The notes beneath the pieces were generated by a model that was not told the origin of the DNA, searched no databases, and worked only from the letters and a program-made list of their open reading frames with translations. From positions 1,152,001 through 1,216,000 of the forward strand of contig CAWGMQ010000003.1 in assembly GCA_963823665.1 (NCBI GenBank): a stretch of DNA of 64,000 nucleotides. The letters are read 5' to 3'. How positions within the stretch are numbered: position 1 is the first letter of the stretch; every line of letters starts with the position of its first letter. Both the position numbers and the translations under genes were made by a program. The DNA is from an uncultured Planctomycetota bacterium. GTDB lineage: Bacteria > Planctomycetota > Planctomycetia > Isosphaerales > Isosphaeraceae. Positions 20,132 to 29,994 of the stretch are shown piece after piece.

Positions 20132-20431
20132 CAGCGTGGCATTGGAAACAGGTTGGGCTGATAGTTAAATTACTCGTGTGGCAAGCGGTTACGTCACACT
20201 TTTCTGCCAGCAGCTTTGCAGCCACGTTGGGCTGACATTGCCAATGTTGTTGCCAAATTGTTGCCAAATTGTCCAGGTTCCGGCTAGGCAAGGGTGCTCG
20301 CACTCCCCAAACGCGAGCAACAGCATGGCACTTTCTCCTCGAATCGACGGGGCTTGACCTTGGATGTGCCAGCCCTGTCGAAGCCCCGCGGGTTTCATTA
20401 TCATCGAACTAGAGCGGTGAAGGAGAAAGCC

Positions 20432-21157
20432 ATGTCCAAGTATCAATCCGCGGCAGGGTTCCCGACCACTCACTGGAGTTGCGTTCTTCGCGCTGGCCAT
20501 CCGACCGATCGGGAAGGCCGAGACGCACTAGAGCGACTGTGCCGCGATTACTGGTATCCGCTCTATGCCTTCGCCCGTCGTCAGGGGCTCGATCGAGAGG
20601 AGGCCGGCGACCTCGTTCAGGGGTTTCTGGCGGACCTGCTTGAGCGTGGCGACCTGACGAAAGCCGACCCCGCTCGTGGCCGGTTCCGCTCGTTTCTCCG
20701 AACCGCCTGTAGCCACTTCCTGTCCCACGCCCGCGATCATGACCGCGCTCTTAAGCGAGGAGGAGGCCGTACTCCGGTCTCGATCGACCTGCACGACGCC
20801 GAAGGACGTTACATCAACGAACCGGCCCACGACCTGACGGCCGAACGCCTCTTTGAGCGGCGCTGGGCTATGGTCCTGCTCAGACATGCCCTGGCTCGCC
20901 TGGAATCAGAGGCAAGCCGCGGAGGCAAGTCTGATCTATTCCACCACCTGCGACCCATGCTGGAGGGAAATGACGTGGTGGATTCCTACAAAGAAATCGG
21001 CGAAACGCTGCAAATGAGCGAGGGTTCCGTCAAGCTCGCCGCTCACCGCTTCCGAGGTCGGTACCGGCAAATCCTTCGAGAAGAGGTCGCCCGGACCGTC
21101 GCCGATCCGGCTGAGATCGATGCGGAGATCGCCGATCTCTTGCGGGCGTTGTCGTGA
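20432..21157 (+). CDS. ECF sigma factor of the Ser/Thr-kinase-associated planctomycete type
   Basis: FPTTHWS...ALERLCRDYWYPLYAFARR...GRFRSFL...KRGGG; AGGAG before ATG 20432. Confidence 0.9.
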   Translation: MSKYQSAAGFPTTHWSCVLRAGHPTDREGRDALERLCRDYWYPLYAFARRQGLDREEAGDLVQGFLADLLERGDLTKADPARGRFRSFLRTACSHFLSHARDHDRALKRGGGRTPVSIDLHDAEGRYINEPAHDLTAERLFERRWAMVLLRHALARLESEASRGGKSDLFHHLRPMLEGNDVVDSYKEIGETLQMSEGSVKLAAHRFRGRYRQILREEVARTVADPAEIDAEIADLLRALS

Positions 21158-21182
21158 TTCCGACACCCACTGAAGAATTCGC

Positions 21183-21211
21183 TGTAACCTTCCGCAATTC
21201 GTCCGTCATGA
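21183..21211 (+). promoter_or_regulatory. Putative ECF-type promoter for the kinase gene
   Basis: TGTAAC (21183-21188), N15, CGTC (21204-21207), matching the general ECF AAC/CGT pattern. Confidence 0.5.
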
Positions 21212-21252
21212 GAATGTAGTGGGATCGTGGTCCGCTTCTGGGAGGCTGGGTC

Positions 21253-24200
21253 ATGAGTGATCGTGAGAACTGCCGGGTTTGCGGAGAGAAGCGGCCGGCG
21301 GATGCGCCTTCGGGGCTCTGTCCGGCTTGTTTGCTGAAGGCGGGGCTCCTGGGCGAGGGCTCCCGCTTGCCGGATGTGACGATCACGTTCGGGCCGGCCT
21401 CGTCGAGCGTCCTGGCCTCTTTCGGGGAAGCCTTCGGAAAGATCCCGCCGGTTCTGCTCCGGGATGCCGACTCAGTCACCGATCCTGGCCCGGTGATCCA
21501 ACCGTCATCCTCCGAAATCCCCGACCCCGCCGACCGTTCAGCGCGCTTGCAACTCTTCGGCGAGATCGCTCGCGGCGGCATGGGGGCCGTGCTCAAGGGC
21601 CGTGATTCCGACCTCGGTCGCGACCTCGCGGTGAAGATCCTGCTCGAATCCCATCGCGACAAGCCCGAGATGATCCGCCGGTTCATCGAGGAAGCGCAGA
21701 TCGCGGGCCAGTTGCAGCATCCGGGGATCGTGCCGATCTACGAGCTGGGAGCCTTCGGCGACCGCCGCCCCTATTTCGCCATGAAGCTGGTCAAGGGCCA
21801 CACTCTTGCGGAAATCCTCGCGAATCGAAAGTCAGCCGGCGACGGCTTCCCGCGCCTGCTTTCGATCTTTGAATCCATCTGCCAGACCATGGCCTACGCC
21901 CACGCCCGAGGCGTGATCCACCGCGATTTGAAACCGACCAACGTGATGGTCGGATCCTTCGGCGAGGTCCAGGTGATGGATTGGGGCCTGGCCAAGGTGC
22001 TGCCTCGCGGCGGAGCGGTCGAGGATGCCTCGGCCGGTCATACGAAGGACCAGGGGACGGTCATTGCCACGGCACGTAGTGACTCGGATTCGGATCTTTC
22101 CCAAGCGGGCTCAATCATGGGGACGCCGTCGTACATGGCCCCCGAGCAGGCTCGTGGCGAAGGTAATCAGGTCGACGAGCGCGCCGACGTGTTCGCACTC
22201 GGCTCGATCCTCTGTGAACTTCTGACTGGTCAGCCCGCTTTCACCGGCCGATCCTCCGGCGAGATTCAGCGCAAGGCCGCACGGGGGGATTTGAGTGACG
22301 CCGTCTCGCGTGTGCAAGCCTCCCGCGACGACCCCGACCTGATCGCGCTGACCGAGGCGTGCCTTTCGCCCGAGCGCGACGACCGTCCCCGCCATGCGGG
22401 TGAGGTTGCCGAGCGGATCGATGCCTATCGGACGGGTGTCCAGGAGCGAATGCGCCAGGCCGAACTCGCCCGCGCCGAGGAAACAGCGCGAGCGGAGGAG
22501 GCGACCAAGCGGGCGCGCGTCGAGCGCGATCGGCTGCGGCTGGCGCTGGCGCTGGCGGCCTCGATTCTTGTGCTGGTGGTTCTCGGCGGCGGTGGGGGCT
22601 TTTGGTTTTATCGACAGCGCCAGGCCCGCTTGTCGAGCGTCGAGGCCGTGCTCGTACGGGTGCAGACTCTCCGTGAGCAGGCCCAAAGCCGCGGCGCAGA
22701 TCCCTTGCCATGGCGCGAGGCGCTCGCCGCGGCCGAGCAGGCCCTCGCGTCGATCGGCGATCTGGCCGCGACGGTGCCCGGCCGTCGCCTGTCCGCGCTT
22801 CGCGACACAATCGCCGAGGACGAGAAGCGGGCCAAGCGCGAAACCACTTTCATGGCCGACCTGGCGGATGTTCGCTCAAAGCGCGGTCTGAAAACAATGG
22901 ACGCGGAGAAAGGCTACCCCAAGGCGTTTCGACGCTACGGACTTGACCTGACGACCACGCCCGTCGAGCAAGCCATCACTCGTCTAAAAACGCTCCCCGA
23001 GGCGCTTCGCCACGAGGTCGTGACGTTTCTTGATGACTGGGCCTTCGCGCGCGGCGGCACCGAAAACGAGACCGCCGGCCCGCTGGCGCTGGCGCGGGGG
23101 CTCGATCCCGATCCCGAGCGCAACCGCCTCCGCTCTCTCCTGGAAAACAAGGACCTGAAGGCGGATGCCGACGCCTTGTCCGGCATGGCGAAGCGACCGA
23201 ATCTGATCGAGTCCGGGCCGTCCACGGCCCTGCTCCTGGCCTCGGCGCTGGAACGGGTCGATCATAAGGACGCGGCAATTGGCGTGCTCCGCGCCACGGT
23301 GGTGCGATACCCCGGCGACCTCTGGGTGAACAGTGAGCTGGCTCATCGCTTGAACGAGATGGAGCCACCACAGTCTGCGGAGGCGATCCGTTACTACTCG
23401 ATTGTTCGCGCCCTGCGGCCTAGTTCGGGGCGCGAACTCGCGGACCTCTTGCGAGATGAAAATAGAGCTTCCGAGGCGGAAGCGATCCGTCGCGAATTGA
23501 CCAAATTACAGCCAGACGATCCAAGAACATGGAGCGAGCTGATCGAACTTCTCAAGACCCGACGTAACGCCGAGGGGATCCGCGAGATCGGCAATCAGTG
23601 GGTCGACTGGGTTCGCGAACAGATCAAGCGCGCACCCAATGAGGCTGCCCCTCACCTGAAAGCCGCTTGCGTCTACCACGTGTTGAATGACAGACCGAAC
23701 CAGATCGCCGAGCTCAAGGAAGCGGCTCGTCTCACCGAGAAAGGTCGCCTCGCGATCGACCACCTTCTCGGCCACGTGCTTTTTTTCGAGGACGACTTGA
23801 AAGGCGTGGCCAACGCCTATCGTGAGGCCCTGCGAGTCGACCCCACGGATCTCAATTGTGTTTACGAACTCGCCTTCAGCCTCTGCCTTTCGGGTGACCA
23901 TAAGGGAGAAGTGCAAGCTCTCCGCGAAGCTGTTCGACAGAAATCCGTGGCTGCCCAGCGAGTGGAGGCGTATTTCTCCGATGTAGAATCCTACACAGAA
24001 TTTTTCGATGATGATTTCTCTATTGCATCTAACTATATGATATTATATTTACACACATATGACCAAGGATATCAAGCTCTAGGCTGCGCGCTGGCGGAAA
24101 CAGGGGATCTTGCCGGCGCGATAGCTGCTTGCCGTGAAGCGATTCGGCGCGACGAGCGCGGCGCGATGATCCATACTGATTTCAGTAGTTCATGCACATT

Positions 24201-25086
24201 CAGCGGCAGCAATGACATTGAAACTCCCTACAGTTTCCCAGTCCTTTCCATCCTTATGAACGACGACCCTTCGAAGCTGATCCCCGAACTCCATGAGGCG
24301 ATCCGGCTCAAACCCAAACTCGCGGCGACTCAGGTCGGATTCCATCTTGCCGTTGCTCTTGGTCGTTCGGGCAACGTCACAGGCGCGATCTCCACGATTC
24401 GGAAAGCAATTGAGCAAGGGCCACAGGTCAGATTGGACACTCTCCATCTCATCTGGCCGATCGCTCTGATAGACCAAAAGAAGGATTTGATCGCGATCTT
24501 GCGCCAACTCCGCGAAGGAGCCAAAGAAGACAAAGCCATTGTTGTATGGATCGATCGCGCGATTCTTCTCACCGAGCGGCTCATGGCGATGGGCTCACGG
24601 CTCGCGAAGGTCTTCCACGGAGGAGGCCGCGGCGATGTTTATTCGAGGATGTGCCGAATTCGGCGGCTCTACGCCCTGGACGCTGCACTCTGGTCCGTGG
24701 CCTTCGACGTGGAACCAGCTCTGCTCGAGGATCGCTTAGGTTGGTATCGCTACTCCGCTGCCTGTTCCGCCGCGCTGGCGGGATGTGGAAAGGGAAAGGA
24801 TCAGCCTCCGCCCGCCGACGCTGAGCGCGCCAAGCTTCGTGGCCAAGCCCTCACATGGCTCCGCGCCGAGTTTTCGGCCAAAGCCAAGGTCCGAGAAACC
24901 GGTACGCCCGGAGCCACCAAGGATCTGCACGGGACACTTCAACACTGGCGAGAAGACCCCGACCTCTCCGGCGTTCGCGACCCCGAAGCCTTGGCCAAGC
25001 TCCCCGAGGCCGAGCGCGCGACTTGGCGGGCGCTCTGGGCGGAGGTCGAGTCCCTGGAGAAGCGGCTCCGAACGACGCCTCCTTGA
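21253..25086 (+). CDS. Hanks-type Ser/Thr protein kinase with hydrophobic segment and TPR repeats
   Basis: GGMGAV, AVK, HRDLKPTN, DWGLAK, GTPSYMAPE; N-terminal CxxC...CxxC; TM-like LALALAASILVLVVL; TPR-like helices. Confidence 0.95.
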   Translation: MSDRENCRVCGEKRPADAPSGLCPACLLKAGLLGEGSRLPDVTITFGPASSSVLASFGEAFGKIPPVLLRDADSVTDPGPVIQPSSSEIPDPADRSARLQLFGEIARGGMGAVLKGRDSDLGRDLAVKILLESHRDKPEMIRRFIEEAQIAGQLQHPGIVPIYELGAFGDRRPYFAMKLVKGHTLAEILANRKSAGDGFPRLLSIFESICQTMAYAHARGVIHRDLKPTNVMVGSFGEVQVMDWGLAKVLPRGGAVEDASAGHTKDQGTVIATARSDSDSDLSQAGSIMGTPSYMAPEQARGEGNQVDERADVFALGSILCELLTGQPAFTGRSSGEIQRKAARGDLSDAVSRVQASRDDPDLIALTEACLSPERDDRPRHAGEVAERIDAYRTGVQERMRQAELARAEETARAEEATKRARVERDRLRLALALAASILVLVVLGGGGGFWFYRQRQARLSSVEAVLVRVQTLREQAQSRGADPLPWREALAAAEQALASIGDLAATVPGRRLSALRDTIAEDEKRAKRETTFMADLADVRSKRGLKTMDAEKGYPKAFRRYGLDLTTTPVEQAITRLKTLPEALRHEVVTFLDDWAFARGGTENETAGPLALARGLDPDPERNRLRSLLENKDLKADADALSGMAKRPNLIESGPSTALLLASALERVDHKDAAIGVLRATVVRYPGDLWVNSELAHRLNEMEPPQSAEAIRYYSIVRALRPSSGRELADLLRDENRASEAEAIRRELTKLQPDDPRTWSELIELLKTRRNAEGIREIGNQWVDWVREQIKRAPNEAAPHLKAACVYHVLNDRPNQIAELKEAARLTEKGRLAIDHLLGHVLFFEDDLKGVANAYREALRVDPTDLNCVYELAFSLCLSGDHKGEVQALREAVRQKSVAAQRVEAYFSDVESYTEFFDDDFSIASNYMILYLHTYDQGYQALGCALAETGDLAGAIAACREAIRRDERGAMIHTDFSSSCTFSGSNDIETPYSFPVLSILMNDDPSKLIPELHEAIRLKPKLAATQVGFHLAVALGRSGNVTGAISTIRKAIEQGPQVRLDTLHLIWPIALIDQKKDLIAILRQLREGAKEDKAIVVWIDRAILLTERLMAMGSRLAKVFHGGGRGDVYSRMCRIRRLYALDAALWSVAFDVEPALLEDRLGWYRYSAACSAALAGCGKGKDQPPPADAERAKLRGQALTWLRAEFSAKAKVRETGTPGATKDLHGTLQHWREDPDLSGVRDPEALAKLPEAERATWRALWAEVESLEKRLRTTPP

Positions 25087-25376
25087 GCAGTCATTCCCGT
25101 ACGATCCCGCCACCGCTGAATTCGGGGCGGTTACGATGCTGCCCTGATCAACGTACGCCCCAGCGACATCGGTCTATCTCGGGAATTGATAAATTGATAA
25201 GAGAAGCCATGCGGGAGTTCGGGCCCGATGGCTAGGGGCAGCCTCTCTGCTGGCCGCTGCGGCCACAGAATCGCCGGCAGTTCTCACTGAAGCCGACAGA
25301 ACTTGACCGAATCCTGCGCTGCGGACTGGTACTTGCCCGGGTACAATACATCCATCGGAAACCGAGGAGAACCACC

Positions 25377-25583
25377 GTGCCGGAACTGACCTTGGAAAGC
25401 CTGGCCCGCCGCCTCGAAGATGTCGAGCGGCGTCTGAACGAGAAGGAAGCCAGCAGCGCCAAAGATTGGCGTATGGCTGCGGGTATGTTCACCGGACGGG
25501 AGTTTTCGAAAATCGTCGATGAAGAAGGCCGAAAAATACGCGAAGCCGATCGGGATGAGGCGCGCCAGGAATTCGGAGAGTGA
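25377..25583 (+). CDS. Putative antitoxin
   Basis: 68-aa charged protein with GAGGAG SD and GTGA overlap with the PIN gene. Confidence 0.75.
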   Translation: MPELTLESLARRLEDVERRLNEKEASSAKDWRMAAGMFTGREFSKIVDEEGRKIREADRDEARQEFGE

Positions 25584-26005
25584 TCCTTCTGGACACCGAT
25601 CATTTGACGGTTCTCAAGTACACCGACAGCGAGCGCTACGCGCGGCTCCATGGCCGATTGCTCGTTGCGGCCCCGGAACTGATAGGCACCACTATTGTCA
25701 ACGTTGAGGAACAAATGCGGGGCTGGTTGTCCGCAATCGCCAAAGAACGAATACTACTGCGTCAGATCACCGCCTACCGCGAGCTGACAGACCTGTTCGA
25801 TTTTTTCGCCAAGTTCAACATCATTTCTCTGACTGCCGACGCGGTAGACCTGTTCAACGGCTTCCGCAAATCGGGCATCAAAATCGGCACCATGGATCTG
25901 AAGATGGCCTCCATCGCGGTGGCCAATAGCGCACTTTTTCTCACGGCAAATTCGCGAGATTTCGAGAAAGTGCCGGGGCTAAGATCCGAGAATTGGCTCG
26001 AATAG
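25580..26005 (+). CDS. vapC: VapC-family PIN-domain toxin
   Basis: MILLDTD...EE...GTMDLKMASIA...LTANSRDFEKVPGL..ENW. Confidence 0.9.
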   Translation: MILLDTDHLTVLKYTDSERYARLHGRLLVAAPELIGTTIVNVEEQMRGWLSAIAKERILLRQITAYRELTDLFDFFAKFNIISLTADAVDLFNGFRKSGIKIGTMDLKMASIAVANSALFLTANSRDFEKVPGLRSENWLE

Positions 26006-26166
26006 CGAACGCGTGAGCGTCAGGTCAGCCTTATCGTCATTGAAGGACACCATTCTGGCGGAGTGGTGATCCTGTCTCCGCACCTCGGCGATCCGTTTGA
26101 AACGCACCAATGCGGCCGGGGCCGAGCCCACTCGAAGCCGATCACTTAGCATTTTGCACCAAGAAG

Positions 26167-26235
26167 TACAGAAGGTGGGACTTGAACCCACACCCCCTTG
26201 CGGGGACCGGATTTTGAGTCCGGTACGTCTGCCAT
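26167..26235 (-). pseudogene. tRNA-Leu(CAA) 3' fragment, copy 3 (best preserved)
   Basis: ATGGCAGACGTACCGGACTCAAAATCCGGTCCCCGCAAGGGGGTGTGGGTTCAAGTCCCACCTTCTGTA; there is no complementary 5' acceptor strand. Confidence 0.88.
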
Positions 26236-26611
26236 CCGTCCGGTACTGAGCTGATGCCGACTTGACGTAGATTTCGATGATTTCTTAGGGGTTTACGATA
26301 ACCCCGCTGTTCTTCGCATTGTAGCCGCGTCGGCATCACAGGGGGCAACATCTGTGGAAGAATTGCAGAGGATCCTTGATCGGTATTCCTGTTCGGTTTT
26401 CGTGTCTGGCGCCCTCTTCGAGATCCCACAAAGTGACGCTGTGACGGAGATGGACGGTGGCGGTTCCGGGGTAGCCTGCCGATGAAGAGGGTGACGGGGC
26501 GGCGATGAGCGCGCCGGCCGAAACCAAGAGGAACGGTCCGCAGTGGCGGACCCTACGAGAGACGGGACGCTGCGATGGTGGTTCACTGTGCACGCGGTTT
26601 CCTTCGGGCTC

Positions 26612-27330
26612 TTATCGGTGACCCGGCAAAGAGCTGGAACGGTCGGCGGGCTGGGGCGCTGCTACTCGGTTCTCGTCGCTGTACGCTGACGAGCTCTCCA
26701 TAATCCTGATTTGTTCGAGGACGTCGTCGGTATGATCCTCAAGCGGCAACCGAGGCTCTCCCAGGGCAATCCGCACTCGGGTGCACGCCAGCTCGTGCGC
26801 CAGTTTCGGGAGCTCGTCGACAACTGTGGTTGCGCTCAGACGATGGTGTATCGATTTCGCGAAGTCGAGTCGTACCCGCGCGGGATCAGCCGAGATGCCG
26901 AGGATTGTGCCGCACAATCGCCGGATGTCCTTCTCCCGTTTCGTCATCTGGAATGGGAAAAGATACGTGCATAGGCCGGCGGCCGTTCCGATGCCGAAAC
27001 ACGACCCAACGCAAATGGCGATGATGGTCTTTCGGTCATCGAGGTGGTAGCCATTGCCCGTCAGCCACATCATGCACATCATGAACGTGCCGATGAAGCC
27101 CGCGACGGCCAGCGCTCCGAAGACGCCCCGGGCATATGCCATCACGACCGATAGCTTATCGACACGCGCAAGCGGTAGACCCTCGATCGCCCTCGAGTGA
27201 GTCGTAAGGATCAACGGGATGCCACCAGAGGTCGATTTGCCCAAGCGGACCAGGTGATGCACTTTCGCGGAGCGAAAGGCAACCTTGTGAGATGCGCTCA
27301 CGAGCGAGCCCGTGAGTTCGGCGGCGAGGG
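26612..27330 (-). CDS. Hypothetical membrane protein, start uncertain
   Basis: Two hydrophobic segments in the 3' part of ORF 26612-27586; the first ~80 codons look non-coding. Confidence 0.55.
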
Positions 27331-28122
27331 CTTTTGAGATGCTCGGGGCGACTTCAGCGCGTTTGAGTGCCCTGTTTATTTGCGCTGTGAGGTGCGACCT
27401 GCGTAATCCGACCTCGGTCGATCGAGAATGCCGAGTTGTTCGGAAATTGGCGCAAAAAATCTGGCCCGTTTGTAGATCATTCAGGGTAGGGAGCATTTGA
27501 AAGCCACGGCGTCGCCGCTGGTGTGGATGGTTGTGGCTTGGCAGGCCATGGACTGGAATGGACGGCATCAACTCAGTCAATAACAACGGGGCGCCGGATC
27601 ATGGGTGGCGAGGAGATGACAAGATGACGGCAGCAGGAATTGACGGGGTGAAAACGTGTGGTGCGGCGGAACGTGCCGGAGACGCCGATGCGGGCCGTTC
27701 GTCGGTCGCTCGGAACAACGGAGAACGCACAATGGCCGACGGCGACGTGCCGCCTCCCGACGCCGGCTATTTACACCAGTGTACGGATGCTGGAAGCCCC
27801 CTCAGAAATTGCCACTTATTGCCATTTTTCGTGGGACTCGACGATTGCTTCCGGCCGGAGCGACTGCTCTGCAAGTTCAATAGGCATCATCGAATAGGAA
27901 CGGAGCGAGGCGTTTTTCGATGATGGCAAAAGCTCATGGCAATGGTCTCTGAAAATTGCCACGGTAAATCCATGAGGTTGTTCACTATGTTTTGGGCCTT
28001 TTTTTCGAGCGACTTCGACCGGAGATCGGCGCTCCTTTGGGGGCGCGGACTTCCCTGCGCGCGACCCCCATCCACCGCCGGCGGCGGCAACTCCCCCGCA
28101 ATGGCACACGGAATGCCGAAGC

Positions 28123-28193
28123 CCCTTCGCGAAGCGAAGGGCGACAATCGGGATGGATTCAGAATCCCTTCGCGGAGAGCGAAGGGCGACAAT
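28123..28193. repeat. Pair of REP-like hairpins CCCTTCGC-loop-GCGAAGGG-CGACAAT
   Basis: Copies at 28123-28148 and 28166-28193. Confidence 0.8.
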
Positions 28194-28439
28194 GGGGCGG
28201 GGGTTTGCCGAAATGATTTCAACGATGAGGGCAAGGTCGCGGGCTGCGCCGTGGCGATTCATCATCAAAGGCAGGTGCATGCGGGCAAGGTTTCGGCTTT
28301 GGAATTTCCGGATGACTTGCCGTCTCGACCGAGCGACTGCGTTCCCGTAGTCCTTGTGGGGTAAGGACGCGCGACGAATGTTCAAAACGAAGTGGCCGGT
28401 CGGGATGGACGGCTGAACATAGATCGCGCGACTGAGGGT

Positions 28440-28806
28440 GGTCGGAGACCGCGCCCAACGTGCGAGGAGGACGGCGGCGGTCAAGAGGAGACCTACGGTC
28501 GGGCGCACGGCGGGGTCGGAGACCCGCGCCGAACAAGACCTACGGCCGGGCGCACGGCGGCGACCCTTCCGGTGCCCGAGACCCGCGCCGAACAAGACCT
28601 TCGATCGGGCGGACGGCGGGGTCGGAGACCCGCGCCGAACAAGACCTACGGTCGGGCGCACGGCGGCGACCCTTCCGGTGCCCGAGACCCGCGCCGAACA
28701 AGACCTTCGATCGGGCGGACGGCGGCGACCCTTCGGATGCCCGAGACCCGCGCCGAACATGAGGGCCCTCACGATGCCAGCGGGGTCGGAGACCCGCGCC
28801 GAACAG
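28440..28806. repeat. REP/BIME-like mosaic tandem array
   Basis: GAGACCCGCGCCGAACA at 28519, 28578, 28625, 28684, 28743 and 28789 (spacings 59, 47, 59, 59, 46) with re-used linkers. Confidence 0.9.
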
Positions 28807-29358
28807 CACGAGGGCGCGTTCACAGTTAACAGAGAAATCCCGCAAAGCATGGCAGGATCGCTACAATCCGGAGCTACCTGGCTGTGAAATGACGTAGATG
28901 ACGCAGATGACGCAGGTCAGCATCTCCTATGCGCGTGCCTTCGCGATGGTAACAGCGTCATCGATCTCACCGCTCCTCCGGCGACTTGACCCCGTTGGCT
29001 GGCATTCTTACCCCCATTCTTGCTCCGCGCATCGCGTTTGCGGAAGCTTGCCGCACAGGGACGTCCGGCAGGAGTGCCGGAACTACGGGGAGGTTGGGTC
29101 GTTCCCGTAATGCTTATAGGGCAAGGCGCATCGTCAGATTATCAAAACGAACTCGCCCGCCGGGGGGAAGCTTTGTGAGTGAGAGGGGGCGACGGGACGT
29201 TGCGGCAATCCTTGGTCTTGGGCGACCGCTCTGGATCGCAGAGGGGCGTCGAAGCGAGCTTGAGGCGTGGATATACTTGATCGTAGGGTCAAACGGGTTG
29301 GACCTGTTGTAGAGAATCAGTCGCATGCGGCCGCGCACCTGAGGAGTCTGTTTGGAAC

Positions 29359-29880
29359 ATGCCAACATCGAGGCACTGTCTTTTGATCGTTGACGACGAG
29401 CCGCATGTGTGCGACTCGGTGCATGACCTGTTGCGGCGCGAGTTTCGCGTGCTCAAGGCCAATAGTGCCGAGGAGGGCTATCGGCTCATGCAGGACGAGG
29501 AAGTGCACATCGTGATGTCGGACCAGCGGATGCCGCAGATCACGGGCGTCGAGATGCTGACGAAAGTGAAATCGCGTTATCCGCAGGCGATCCGGATGCT
29601 GTTCACGGGCTATGCCGACCTGGAATCGATCATCGCGGCGATCAATCAGGGGCATATCTTTCAGTTCATGAAGAAGCCGTGGCAGCCGGAGGAGCTGCAA
29701 GCGGCGGTGCGACTGGCCGCAGCCGAGTTTGACCGGCTCGAGGCCGCCGCGCATGAACGCGACCACCTGGTGTCGGAAGTCGGGGAGCTGAAGCAGCGGG
29801 TGACAGCTCTCGAGACCGAGGTAAAACGTCTTCAGGCTGTTTCCCTGAGCGGATCATCGCGTCCCGGGGCGCCGGCCTGA
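29359..29880 (+). CDS. Response regulator with C-terminal coiled coil
   Basis: LIVDDE, SDQRMP, LFTGY, KKPW. Confidence 0.93.
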   Translation: MPTSRHCLLIVDDEPHVCDSVHDLLRREFRVLKANSAEEGYRLMQDEEVHIVMSDQRMPQITGVEMLTKVKSRYPQAIRMLFTGYADLESIIAAINQGHIFQFMKKPWQPEELQAAVRLAAAEFDRLEAAAHERDHLVSEVGELKQRVTALETEVKRLQAVSLSGSSRPGAPA

Positions 29881-29994
29881 CTCATGGCGAAGTGCGATCG
29901 CCGGCGAGGGCGGGACCGGGGTGGAAGAGAGTTGGACCGGGGAACGAACTTCGACGAGACTGAATCCGGTGATTGAAGCGGCGGAGCAAATCCG

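Noticed and set aside
7924..26235. Three functional, split or permuted tRNA-Leu genes
   Set aside because: None has a 5' strand able to pair with the acceptor 3' strand, I found no displaced 5' piece nearby, and copies 1 and 2 have T-arm mutations.
28440..28806. CRISPR array
   Set aside because: The intervening sequences are re-used near-copies rather than unique spacers, spacing alternates between 46-47 and 59, and no cas genes are present.
27816..28850. 344-aa minus-strand ORF and overlapping ORFs
   Set aside because: Mostly translation of REP-like repeats; any real gene fragment near 28200-28430 could not be identified.
1..29000. Classical integron or prophage
   Set aside because: No IntI, no convincing attC sites and no phage structural or replication genes were recognised.
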